IMG/VR virus record: IMGVR_UViG_3300045988_118131
Origin: a virus
Reading direction: 5' to 3' (one strand)
DNA: 64,000 nucleotides
The notes beneath the pieces are model-generated. The model ran no database searches and was not told the DNA's origin. It worked only from the letters and a program-made list of their open reading frames with translations. Positions 1 to 8,378 of this stretch are shown here, one piece after another; position 1 is the stretch's first letter; every line of letters starts with the position of its first letter. Position numbers and translations under genes: made by a program.

Positions 1-23
1 TACAGATAAGCTTCCGTATAGTA

Positions 24-212
24 TTATAGCTTTTGAATGTTCAATAATATTTTTGAACTATAGTTATCTGGAATGTTTAATTTATCCCAAATTTTATCTT
101 CTGATAAATCTTCTTTTGATAATTGAATTATTTTGGATAGTTTCTTTGGATATACTTTCATTCCGTCAATAATTTCAAGCTGATATAGTATAAAATATAT
201 ATTTTCTTTCAT
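24..212 (-). CDS. hypothetical protein (62 aa)
   Basis: ATG-started minus-strand ORF in short leftward block; no motif recognised. Confidence 0.4.
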   Translation of the reverse strand: MKENIYFILYQLEIIDGMKVYPKKLSKIIQLSKEDLSEDKIWDKLNIPDNYSSKILLNIQKL

Positions 213-304
213 GTCTTAGTTGTATTGATTTAGATTACAAAATTACTACTTTATTTTCTGACTTCCAAATGAATTCGGATAATTTTTATTAAATTGCAAC
301 TGGA

Positions 305-360
305 ACCATTTAAAGGATGAATCCAACTTTAAATTGATTCGGAATTCTCTTTTAAATGGT
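305..360. repeat. ~50-nt imperfect long-hairpin repeat, copy 1 (ACCATTTAAAGGA...TCTCTTTTAAATGGT)
   Basis: Outer arms complementary; same architecture recurs at 5025, 8308, 10466. Confidence 0.7.
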
Positions 361-559
361 CTAAAACTAAATTCGCAAATACAAAATCTTCTAAAGTCGG
401 TTCTGAAAATGAAGGTGAAATATAATAACTTTTCTGAGAAAAATTTATATTAACAAAATAATTTTCAGTAAAGACTGCTGGAACTATAATATCTACTTGA
501 TCATATTTTAAATTGTCAATTAACTTATTCGCTAAATTTAGAGGTAGTATTAATTTCAT
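329..559 (-). CDS. hypothetical protein (76 aa)
   Basis: Minus-strand ORF, ATG start; no motif recognised. Confidence 0.4.
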   Translation of the reverse strand: MKLILPLNLANKLIDNLKYDQVDIIVPAVFTENYFVNINFSQKSYYISPSFSEPTLEDFVFANLVLDHLKENSESI

Positions 560-642
560 TTTGTAATTTCTTTTTGAGTTCTAATAACCGTTTTCTATAA
601 TCTAAATTATATTTATATATTTCCGACTTTAACTGCTTGAAC

Positions 643-968
643 TTATCCTCGATATTCTCTAGATGCCTCTGTTTTTTCATAAGAATTTCTAAGATCTAAA
701 TAAATATTATCTCTTCCATATATTATATAATTCCAATTGTTTTCTAAATAAGTTTTAGTTATTCTACTATTAAACTCTAAGAATAACTGCTCTGCAATAA
801 AGCCTTCTAAACTTTGGATTGTATGTCTTTGCATTTTAGACTATTTATAGTTACTGTTTTACATCTTCCATTTTTACATAATCTACATATATAATATCCG
901 GAATTAGATAACTGAATCTTTAACAGTCTTCCAGTTTTCTTATTTCTTATATTTCCTGAGTTGTCCAT
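643..968 (-). pseudogene. frameshifted HNH/NUMOD-type homing endonuclease remnant
   Basis: ORF 968..807 (MDNSGNIRNKKTGRLLKIQLSNSGYYICRLCKNGRCKTVT...) resembles the N-terminus of phage HNH_3-type endonucleases. It stops and continues in another frame as ORF 834..643 (..HTIQSLEGFIAEQLF..). Confidence 0.35.
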
Positions 969-1039
969 TTCATAATTTTCTCAGTTCTCTATAGTATTTC
1001 AATTATTGCCTATATCCATTTCTAATATCTTAGATACTG

Positions 1040-1047
1040 CAAAGGTA
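1040..1047 (-). promoter_or_regulatory. possible Bacteroidota -7 box (TAccTTTG on minus strand)
   Basis: Reverse complement of caaaggta; located upstream of the minus-strand remnant gene; -33 spacing not ideal. Confidence 0.3.
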
Positions 1048-1131
1048 ATGCAAATTTTTTGCCCAAACAAGTAAATTTTAAAAAATTTGATAAGTGACAC
1101 TAAATTTATATTTTAGGTACTTAAAATTAAT

Positions 1132-1141
1132 CCCCCCCCCC
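1132..1141. repeat. C10 homopolymer tract
   Basis: Ten consecutive C in an AT-rich genome; abuts the stop of the minus-strand HNH remnant. Confidence 0.9.
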
Positions 1142-1428
1142 TATTGTTCAGGGAAAGTGAAATTATTTGCAACTTTTTTACACATTTCTATAAAATCTTC
1201 TTTTGATAGATCGTTTTTAGCTATATTGATAGCTATTGTAGTAATACATATATTATCTTCTACATATCCTTTACTCGAATCTATTCTGTCTAAGGACATA
1301 TTATTAATATCTAATATAGGTTCTCCAGTATAATAATCTAAATGATTTTGTAAATCCCACACTCTTTCTATTACTTCCTCTGTTATAGAAAACTCTGCAA
1401 TATTAGGTCTTAGTATTTTGTAGAAAAT
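1141..1428 (-). pseudogene. N-terminally truncated, Cys-depleted HNH-like endonuclease remnant
   Basis: Open frame from the stop at 1429-1431 with no ATG. Contains SLDRIDSSKGYVEDNI..IN.AK, resembling the xDRIDxxKGYxxxN..CCxxCNxxK family, but conserved Cys residues are replaced. Confidence 0.4.
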
Positions 1429-1479
1429 TTAAAATTTGAGCTTTATGAATATTTTAGATAATTAAAATCTCGTTTATGA

Positions 1480-1528
1480 CCCCCCTTCGGGATTCGACAT
1501 ACTCTTAACTCCCCCCACAGGGATTGAG
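1480..1528 (+). repeat. two tandem C6-N4-GGGATT(C)GA motifs
   Basis: ccccccttcgggattcgac and ccccccacagggattgag; related to ttcggaatcgaac..cccccccc at 48144..48171. Confidence 0.6.
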
Positions 1529-1591
1529 AAAAAAGTAAAAACATTATTGATTTCTCAAACAGATTTACTAACAATTAAAACAAAAAAGATT

Positions 1592-2101
1592 ATGTTTACA
1601 ATTGAGGAAACAAAGAAAAGCAAAGGTTTCAAATCAGTAAAAGAAAACATTGCAGCTATCGAAGCGGTAAGAAAAGAACGCTTTGACCAAAATTTGGCTT
1701 TAGCCGGATTTAACGGGAAAAACATTGTATTGACCGGAAATTTTTCTGAAAGAAAATTTAAGCCGGCAGGCGGTTCGGAACGTTCTTACATTGTTTTGGA
1801 AGCGGTTTACTTTGATGATAAACCAGAGAACGGAAAAATTGGAACGCTCGCACTATCAGCACTGAAAGCAAGTGTAAAACCGTCAATTGACGAAAATTTA
1901 CAGTCCGTCGTATCTGATTTTTCGGAAATTTCCGAACGTGAAGCACTTAACAAACTTTTGGAAGATAAAACCTACCTAAAGTGTGAAAGTACATTGACCG
2001 TATTAAAGCCTGAATTTTATCAGGAAAACGGACAAAACAAAGTTCGGTATGATGCCGAAAAAACAAAGAAAGGATACAAGTATAGCGTTGCTACATTGTA
2101 A
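1592..2101 (+). CDS. hypothetical protein (169 aa)
   Basis: First in-frame ATG of track ORF 1547..2101; followed by a hairpin. Confidence 0.6.
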   Translation: MFTIEETKKSKGFKSVKENIAAIEAVRKERFDQNLALAGFNGKNIVLTGNFSERKFKPAGGSERSYIVLEAVYFDDKPENGKIGTLALSALKASVKPSIDENLQSVVSDFSEISEREALNKLLEDKTYLKCESTLTVLKPEFYQENGQNKVRYDAEKTKKGYKYSVATL

Positions 2102-2109
2102 ATCTTTCA

Positions 2110-2133
2110 ACGGGTGCAAACATTTGCACCCGT
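2110..2133 (+). terminator. stem-loop after CDS (acgggtgcaaa..tttgcacccgt)
   Basis: About 9-11 bp GC-containing inverted repeat directly after the stop; weak T tract. Confidence 0.5.
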
Positions 2134-2181
2134 TTACATTCAATTAAACAGATTAAAAACAACTAAAAAAGATTAAAAATC

Positions 2182-2268
2182 ATGAAAACAAACAGAAAGT
2201 ACGTTACAGTTAATGGAGTCGTTTACACATACGAAGAGTATTTGGAAATGTTAAAGAATAGAGATTAA
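2182..2268 (+). CDS. small hypothetical protein (28 aa)
   Basis: ATG ORF MKTNRKYVTVNGVVYTYEEYLEMLKNRD ending inside a terminator hairpin. Confidence 0.35.
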   Translation: MKTNRKYVTVNGVVYTYEEYLEMLKNRD

Positions 2269-2283
2269 TCTCTATTCTTTTTT
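2254..2283 (+). terminator. rho-independent terminator
   Basis: aagaatagaga-ttaa-tctctattctt followed by a T run. Confidence 0.7.
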
Positions 2284-2323
2284 GCTTACGTAGCATTTAC
2301 TAACTTCGTAGAATAATTATAAT

Positions 2324-2551
2324 ATGAAAATATTCGTAGTAAAAGGTGTAGCCAAGGGTGATAGAGTATATTACGAAGGACTTAATTTTAAGATCCATGC
2401 AGGAGATTGGCTTCCTAACTATGAATGTTATTTTCAGGTGAAGAAAGACGATCTTGGGAAATATACAATATTGAAGTGTATTCCTGTAGATGCCGAGAAT
2501 AGTTGGAATAATGCTATCTCTGTAGATAAGGATGATGAAGAGTGTTGTTGA
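2324..2551 (+). CDS. hypothetical protein (75 aa)
   Basis: ATG ORF from track. Confidence 0.55.
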   Translation: MKIFVVKGVAKGDRVYYEGLNFKIHAGDWLPNYECYFQVKKDDLGKYTILKCIPVDAENSWNNAISVDKDDEECC

Positions 2552-2800
2552 ATGGGATAAATGAGCGTGGTTCCACTATCATTCTCTCTCCACCTCCAGA
2601 AATTTTTTCCATTTCCCCAATTCTCCGAGAAAGAGCACTTTTAGCATTTCAATTTTGAAAACTCTACTCAACATATCTGAACTTGTTTTAGAGCTAAATT
2701 TGAGTTTTCACAAAAGTCTCTTTCCAAAATATATATTTTCTAAGCCCATACAATCTTAAATTTAAGTTTATATATAACAAACAAAAAGACAGCCTAGGAG

Positions 2801-2875
2801 TCTATAAAATATACACTGATGAGACTAGGACGAAACTATCCTCAATTGAGGGTAGTCTGTTTGAACTTTTTTTAC
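2801..2875 (+). ncRNA. hammerhead-ribozyme-like motif (type I topology), predicted cut after C2857
   Basis: CUGAUGA (2816-2822), then 9 nt, then GAA (2832-2834). A 7-bp stem III follows (2835-2841 with 2850-2856, opening A-U pair), then GUC. Stems I and II are weak. Confidence 0.3.
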
Positions 2876-2978
2876 TGTAAGACCATAATGGGTACGCTCT
2901 GAGACTATGTAGTTGTTGTGAAACAATTCAAAGTATAGTAGCACAGGAAGGGTCTAGATGTTTACAATTTTCATTTTT

Positions 2979-3032
2979 GGTAGCTTCGGCTACCACTTTC
3001 AAGACGAGAGCAACCGTTACGTGGTTTGAAAG
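2979..3032 (+). other. two adjacent stable hairpins in a noncoding region
   Basis: ggtagc-UUCG-gctacc (2979-2994) and ctttcaa...ttgaaag (2996-3032). Confidence 0.6.
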
Positions 3033-3077
3033 ATAAGTAAGTATATACTGAAACTAATAGCTCTTTTTCGTTTAACA

Positions 3078-3116
3078 AATTTAAAACCTCACACTGTAAA
3101 GGCAAAGTGTATAAAG
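3078..3116 (+). promoter_or_regulatory. conserved upstream motif copy A (AAAACCTCACACTGTAAAGGCAAAGTGTA)
   Basis: Near-identical about 30-nt motif also at 3581 and 4344, each ending about 5-15 nt before a start codon; contains CACACT/AGTGT inverted repeat. Confidence 0.65.
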
Positions 3117-3118
3117 TT

Positions 3119-3430
3119 ATGTCAAGATTCAACGTACAAAGAGAACAATTATCTGGATATATTCAGAATGCAATTATGTGTATTGAACTTGGAACTAATT
3201 TAAAGTTTACAAGAGCTGAAGATTGGACAAGTACAAATCAAGGTCATGCATTACACTTTGCAGGAAATTTATACAAAGGGGAGCAAACTTGGGATGATAT
3301 TATAAGGTTCATCAAAATGCAGTTCGCACATAATCCAGAAACTAAATGTATTGATGAAGACACTTCAGATTTTGAGGAATTGGCTCTCGGTAGCAATTTT
3401 GGTGAATGGATAGTTTACATTACTATTTAA
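3119..3430 (+). CDS. hypothetical protein (103 aa)
   Basis: First ATG in track ORF 3107..3430. Confidence 0.6.
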   Translation: MSRFNVQREQLSGYIQNAIMCIELGTNLKFTRAEDWTSTNQGHALHFAGNLYKGEQTWDDIIRFIKMQFAHNPETKCIDEDTSDFEELALGSNFGEWIVYITI

Positions 3431-3580
3431 ATATGGTGACTAAAAAACTCAATAACTTTCCAAGACATTGAGGACACCAGTTTCTTATCTGAATATTGCA
3501 ACGCATAGTTTGGTAATACTTTATGTGAGTAAAGCCCATTAATGTAATATTTGCAGATAAGTTTTAGGTGTAAAATGCAA

Positions 3581-3618
3581 AAATTTAAAGCCTCACACTA
3601 TATAGGTAAAGTGTAGAT
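3581..3618 (+). promoter_or_regulatory. conserved upstream motif copy B
   Basis: aaagcctcacactatataggtaaagtgtaga immediately upstream of ATG 3622. Confidence 0.65.
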
Positions 3619-3621
3619 AAA

Positions 3622-4209
3622 ATGGAACAGAATTATTCAAACGCTCCTGCAAAACGTTTTACTCAAAACAGAATGTTTAAAAACTTGTCTGAAGAAGAGT
3701 TAACACTTCTAGGATTAGGTGGTCCTGAACCAGAAGAGTATATAAAAACGTTACCAGAGAGTGTCAATAAAACAATATTAGTTGATACAAATCCTTCTAG
3801 AGATTGGGTTGAACACACTACGTTGGTTGAAGGATATGCAAAACACAGAACAGAAGTTAATTTTGTAGACTGTGATTTTTGTAGTACTATCTGGTCTAAC
3901 ATTGAAGATTTCAAGCACATCTATACTGAGATGAAGAAGCAAGATAGAACTCAATATCTTGCCATCACAGTAAGTCTAAGACAAGTAGGGATGCGCAGAA
4001 CTTTGGAATATCTAGCTCAGTTTGAAGAGTTTGGAATAACTGAAGAAGATTGCAAAGAGATTCAATCTCATAGAGTGGCTTCATCAAAAGATCTCAAACA
4101 TGAACGTAGTCATGTTCACAGATTGTGTAAAGGAGATAAAGCACTAAACATATATTCTTACAGTGACACAGGAACTCCAATGTTAGCAGGAATCATAAAA
4201 ATCAATTAA
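3622..4209 (+). CDS. hypothetical protein (195 aa)
   Basis: ATG ORF from track. Confidence 0.65.
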   Translation: MEQNYSNAPAKRFTQNRMFKNLSEEELTLLGLGGPEPEEYIKTLPESVNKTILVDTNPSRDWVEHTTLVEGYAKHRTEVNFVDCDFCSTIWSNIEDFKHIYTEMKKQDRTQYLAITVSLRQVGMRRTLEYLAQFEEFGITEEDCKEIQSHRVASSKDLKHERSHVHRLCKGDKALNIYSYSDTGTPMLAGIIKIN

Positions 4210-4210
4210 T

Positions 4211-4345
4211 ATGACACATACAATCTACAAAAACATCAAGTTAACAGTAAGTGCTCCAGATCTTCCTATGTTAGCAATAGGGATGGATTCCACTCAGTTT
4301 GGAATTGCATTAATATGGATTTCATTTATTATTAGTTGGAAATAA
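4211..4345 (+). CDS. small membrane protein (44 aa)
   Basis: ATG ORF MTHTIYKNIKLTVSAPDLPMLAIGMDSTQFGIALIWISFIISWK; hydrophobic C-terminus; fills the gap between genes. Confidence 0.4.
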   Translation: MTHTIYKNIKLTVSAPDLPMLAIGMDSTQFGIALIWISFIISWK

Positions 4346-4375
4346 AAACCTCACACTGTATAGGTAAGTGTATAA
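4344..4375 (+). promoter_or_regulatory. conserved upstream motif copy C
   Basis: aaaacctcacactgtataggtaagtgtata upstream of ATG 4380. Confidence 0.65.
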
Positions 4376-4379
4376 CATC

Positions 4380-4622
4380 ATGAGACAATATTTCTATTTA
4401 GTAGCTCACACGGTAGTAGGAGATGATTTACATATTGATAAAATCTTTTTCCAGGAACATGATGCCATTCGTTGGGGTAAAGTCTTAGCAACAAAAAATC
4501 CAGACTATTCTGTAGGTTTGTATAGACAGGAGATTGCAAGGACAGCAACGGTGAGGTTTGTAAAGACCTTAACCGCTTACAAGTCATCTGGGTCGGATAA
4601 TGATATTGATCAATGTAGATAA
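4380..4622 (+). CDS. hypothetical protein (80 aa)
   Basis: First ATG of track ORF 4368..4622. Confidence 0.6.
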   Translation: MRQYFYLVAHTVVGDDLHIDKIFFQEHDAIRWGKVLATKNPDYSVGLYRQEIARTATVRFVKTLTAYKSSGSDNDIDQCR

Positions 4623-4625
4623 GAT

Positions 4626-4817
4626 ATGGCAGAAGAAACTATAGTAAGAGAGAACTTGATGACAAGAGAAGGGTATTCTCCCTATTGTCTCCAATGTTCG
4701 GTGATGCCTAGAACATTTTTCAATGGAGAGCAATTTCAATGTCCGCATTGTGGATGGATTTCACAATTTCCAGAAGATTTCATAGAGAGGTACAAAAACA
4801 AGTGGAAGATAAAATAA
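4626..4817 (+). CDS. zinc-ribbon protein (63 aa)
   Basis: CLQC...CPHC four-Cys arrangement. Confidence 0.55.
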   Translation: MAEETIVRENLMTREGYSPYCLQCSVMPRTFFNGEQFQCPHCGWISQFPEDFIERYKNKWKIK

Positions 4818-4823
4818 CGAAAT

Positions 4824-5018
4824 ATGGCAACGGTAATTCAAAAGAGATTGAGAAAATTAATAGAAGATTCTATGGTTTCAAATGCAACACATACTATGTA
4901 TGCTAATGGAACTAAGTATGTAGTGTATCATGGAAGAATTGAAGCGAAAATAACTCCAGAAGGAATGATTACCTCTAGAGATATATTGTTTCAAGAATCT
5001 CTAGCAGTCTTTAAATAA
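4824..5018 (+). CDS. hypothetical protein (64 aa)
   Basis: ATG ORF from track. Confidence 0.5.
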   Translation: MATVIQKRLRKLIEDSMVSNATHTMYANGTKYVVYHGRIEAKITPEGMITSRDILFQESLAVFK

Positions 5019-5024
5019 ATTTAG

Positions 5025-5076
5025 ACCATCTAAAGGATAACTCCGAATTAAATTGGAGATTCTTCTTTTAGATGGT
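5025..5076. repeat. long-hairpin repeat, copy 2
   Basis: accatctaaagga...ttcttttagatggt; 13-bp outer stem with one G-U, inner imperfect hairpin. Confidence 0.7.
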
Positions 5077-5097
5077 TAACTTTTAAAATTACACAAA

Positions 5098-5532
5098 ATG
5101 TCAAAGAAAGAGATTTTTACTAAAAATTTAGTTACCCCTAAGGAAGCTCTATCAAAGTGTTTTCGAATTGGAGCATTAGTTTATTTCAAAGATGGATCAT
5201 ATGTTGTGAAGAAGTCAGACCAGTCTGATTTTGCAATGACTGTTGGATGCTTGCTCTCGAAGGAAGCAGATGATTTGTTTCAAATAATTGATGTTAACAA
5301 GCCTTATCCTACAGCCCACTTAAGCATAGAATATGCTGTTCCAATTAATAATATAAAAGTTAGGAATATTAACACTGGTACAGTTTATTATTGTAGCAAC
5401 ATAAACATTGTAAACTGTAGCGGATATGCAGTTGAAGACTTCAATGACAATGAGGTTATGTATAACAATACGTTAACTACATTGAAAACTATCCTCAAAG
5501 CATCTAAATTCGGAAATTGTCAACTATTATAA
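5098..5532 (+). CDS. hypothetical protein (144 aa)
   Basis: ATG ORF from track. Confidence 0.65.
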   Translation: MSKKEIFTKNLVTPKEALSKCFRIGALVYFKDGSYVVKKSDQSDFAMTVGCLLSKEADDLFQIIDVNKPYPTAHLSIEYAVPINNIKVRNINTGTVYYCSNINIVNCSGYAVEDFNDNEVMYNNTLTTLKTILKASKFGNCQLL

Positions 5533-5545
5533 AAATTTAAATTGT

Positions 5546-6238
5546 ATGGAAGAGAAAGTAGATTACAGCAAAGACATTCAAGTAACAATTGACCATAATC
5601 AAACGTTTCCAGCTAAATTGCTAGCAAATGACCCAGAATTTGGAGTAATTGTTGGGTACACAAATGAGAATGGAGAAAAGTGGATTCACAGTGAGCTTTA
5701 TCATGATTATGAGTCGATGAATCGAAATTGTTTTGTGGAGATTTCTAATGTTCCAGAAATTGAAGAGGGACCAATTGTAAATGTAGGCAACGTAGTTAGT
5801 ACCAAAGAGAAAACGCTTCTGATTATTGAAATAAATCCAGATTATATTACTGGAATAGATATTCAAGGGAAGGGTTGGGCATTGCTGAGAAAAGACATTT
5901 TAAAGCTGTTAACTGGTGACGAGGCTGCTCAGTTTTGCATATATGTAGCTGCTAACACTGGAACAGTATTACTTGCAAATGGTTCTCTTTTTGATCTAAT
6001 TGGAGTATGGTGGTATAAATGTGTCATTGAAGGACTTACTTGGGTATTTCAATTTGAGGAAATTAAGACAACTGGTGATGTAATAGCTTCTCTAGTTATA
6101 AATGTAGAATCAGGAATTTGCGTTCCCGAATCTATATTACAGGAATGTCCATTTGCTAACTTGCACCATATATCCAATGCAGAAAATCTTGAGGTTATCA
6201 CGAGTGATGAAGTTCTTAAAATTATGTTAAGAAAATGA
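5546..6238 (+). CDS. hypothetical protein (230 aa)
   Basis: ATG ORF; ATGA overlap with the next gene. Confidence 0.7.
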   Translation: MEEKVDYSKDIQVTIDHNQTFPAKLLANDPEFGVIVGYTNENGEKWIHSELYHDYESMNRNCFVEISNVPEIEEGPIVNVGNVVSTKEKTLLIIEINPDYITGIDIQGKGWALLRKDILKLLTGDEAAQFCIYVAANTGTVLLANGSLFDLIGVWWYKCVIEGLTWVFQFEEIKTTGDVIASLVINVESGICVPESILQECPFANLHHISNAENLEVITSDEVLKIMLRK

Positions 6239-7137
6239 TTACTGCTGAACAAATCCATAATGAACTTTGGGATCTGGGTCTTAACAGACTTGCAGATCTC
6301 AAAAGTACAGTTGTTGACAACAAGGCTATAGAAACTAAAAGAAATTTAGAAAGTCTAGGATTTACACAGTCTGAAACTTACAAAAATCTAAGTAAGAAAG
6401 TCAAGAAGATGGAGGAAAAGGTAGTATATGACTTTTTCAATCAAAGATTTGACGGAGTTGTGTTTGTTCCTACAAATGATTTTGTAAATCTTCTTTTAAA
6501 GTATGACTTGTATTGCTCCACGTTTGAAGATTTCTTAGGAGAAATTCCTGAGGAAAACATAGACGAAATACTTGACGCTAAGAACACTCTGACGGAAATT
6601 AAGGATATAAATGTATATTCTAATAGGTATAAAAATCTAGTTTCTGAAATTAGCGATAGTTATATAGGAGAGTGGTGTAATGAAGCCCTATTGTCTTCAA
6701 TAGATGAAGAACCCTATCAAGAATGGAAATGGAACGGTCGTCCAGACTACTACGAAGCCTTAGAAATTATCGAAAGTGGATGGAATATTATCCTATCCTA
6801 TAGTTTCGAACTTAGTCGCAATACTCCAAAATCCTTTTATGATAGCTGCGATACGATAAGAATCAGATGGGGATTTAAAGATAGTATCAATAAATTTACT
6901 CATTTTCCTATTACTGAATTAGGTATTAATCCTAGGGCAGGACTATCAGGTAAAGCATTGAGTTCTGATACTTTACTCATAGCAGCTCCTAGAGATGAAA
7001 TAAAACACATTGTTGAACTAGAGGAAGTTCCTAAGGTATTAATTAAAGACCCTTTTGTATTTCAAGTTCTTGGAAACGATGTAGTTATATTCTCTAAATG
7101 GGGAGTAGAAAGTAAAGACGAATTGTTTGAAAAATAA
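6235..7137 (+). CDS. hypothetical protein (300 aa)
   Basis: ATG ORF from track. Confidence 0.7.
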   Translation: MITAEQIHNELWDLGLNRLADLKSTVVDNKAIETKRNLESLGFTQSETYKNLSKKVKKMEEKVVYDFFNQRFDGVVFVPTNDFVNLLLKYDLYCSTFEDFLGEIPEENIDEILDAKNTLTEIKDINVYSNRYKNLVSEISDSYIGEWCNEALLSSIDEEPYQEWKWNGRPDYYEALEIIESGWNIILSYSFELSRNTPKSFYDSCDTIRIRWGFKDSINKFTHFPITELGINPRAGLSGKALSSDTLLIAAPRDEIKHIVELEEVPKVLIKDPFVFQVLGNDVVIFSKWGVESKDELFEK

Positions 7138-7155
7138 TAAAACTAGTAAATTGAC

Positions 7156-7317
7156 ATGCGTAGCACAAAAACAACAAAAGAGAAATTAATTGAAAGAATT
7201 AATGCATTAAAAGAACTTCCTAGAACTGATAATGTTCAATCTATATTAAATAGATTAGAACAAGAACTGTCAGATCTAGGAGACCATTCTTTTGAAAGAG
7301 AATGTTACTCCTTTTAG
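7156..7317 (+). CDS. small hypothetical protein (53 aa)
   Basis: ATG ORF MRSTKTTKEKLIERINALKELPRTDN...; fills a gap; below the track length cutoff. Confidence 0.4.
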   Translation: MRSTKTTKEKLIERINALKELPRTDNVQSILNRLEQELSDLGDHSFERECYSF

Positions 7318-7318
7318 T

Positions 7319-7549
7319 ATGGAAGAAGCATTTTTCAATTTTGTGTACTCCCTTATTGAGACTGCTATGAAGTATAACTGCAGTCTCTGTATTGAGGAGT
7401 TTGTGGGATATATAACCATATATACAGATTGTGATGTAATCACATTAACTATGAATGATGGCTATGTGTCTGAGATACGTTATGATGGTACTCATTTAAT
7501 ATTAGATGAGGATATGCAACGTAAAATAACTAAACTTATGAAAGAATGA
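7319..7549 (+). CDS. hypothetical protein (76 aa)
   Basis: First ATG of track ORF; ends at TGA overlapping the next ATG. Confidence 0.55.
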   Translation: MEEAFFNFVYSLIETAMKYNCSLCIEEFVGYITIYTDCDVITLTMNDGYVSEIRYDGTHLILDEDMQRKITKLMKE

Positions 7550-7953
7550 AAATTATAGAAATAAATAATAGGAAAGATACTTACGTTTACGACGAAGAGT
7601 ACTGCGAGTTTTTTAATGATGACGGGGACTGGGAACATCTAGATCCCAACGATATAAGTCAGGAATTTGAAATACCTAAAGAGAGAGAAACTTTGGTTCT
7701 TAAGCAAGGACTACAAAACAAAGTGTCTTCTGAACACTTAAATAGGTTAGAGAGAAATAGCAAGGGAGAATACACAGCTGAATTTAGTGGACTAGATGCA
7801 GAGGGAGATTTTCCATTTAAAGGAATGTATTACAGCATAACGTGGTTTAAACTAAGACCTAAACACAATGCGCCTGCTCAAAGTACTTCTGAAGAAAGTT
7901 CTTCTATTTCTCTTTCTAGAAAAAAATTATTATTAACTAAATATTTTAAATAA
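7546..7953 (+). CDS. hypothetical protein (135 aa)
   Basis: ATG ORF from track. Confidence 0.65.
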   Translation: MKIIEINNRKDTYVYDEEYCEFFNDDGDWEHLDPNDISQEFEIPKERETLVLKQGLQNKVSSEHLNRLERNSKGEYTAEFSGLDAEGDFPFKGMYYSITWFKLRPKHNAPAQSTSEESSSISLSRKKLLLTKYFK

Positions 7954-7954
7954 A

Positions 7955-8308
7955 ATGAAAAAGACTGGAATATTTTTCAAATACCTCGGAAATAATCTCG
8001 ATGAACTTTACCAAGAAAGAATATCATCTCTAAGTGGAGATATTCAGGCAGCTAGTGAAGATAAAGTTAGAGCTTTGGAGAAAAGAGTCAGACAGCTCAA
8101 GAGAGAGAAGGAAAAACTTCTTGACTTGGGACTAAAGAATCGGCAGGACTTAACTCCTACATTTGAGAATATCGATGCAGAGGGGTGGGTAAAGCAATAT
8201 CATGAGTTGAACTATGATCTGGAGATTACTGAAACAGAACTTAAAGTAGCTAGAGCAACTCATAAAGAACTCTTTGGAGGCGAAGAGGAGGAAGAGGCAG
8301 AAGATTAA
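7955..8308 (+). CDS. coiled-coil protein with acidic tail (117 aa)
   Basis: ATG ORF; heptad-like charged sequence, EEEEEAED C-terminus. Confidence 0.6.
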   Translation: MKKTGIFFKYLGNNLDELYQERISSLSGDIQAASEDKVRALEKRVRQLKREKEKLLDLGLKNRQDLTPTFENIDAEGWVKQYHELNYDLEITETELKVARATHKELFGGEEEEEAED

Positions 8309-8356
8309 CCATCTAAAGGAAAAATCCAGTTAATTTGGAAGATTCTTTTAAATGGT
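8308..8356. repeat. long-hairpin repeat, copy 3
   Basis: accatctaaagga...attcttttaaatggt. Confidence 0.7.
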
Positions 8357-8378
8357 CTAATTTTTAAACTTGTTTAAA

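Noticed and set aside
2552-2760. Small minus-strand ORF (MEKISGGGERMIVEPRSF...) in the noncoding region
   Set aside because: It is short, runs antisense into the 3' end of CDS 2324..2551, has no supporting signals, and has a low-complexity product.
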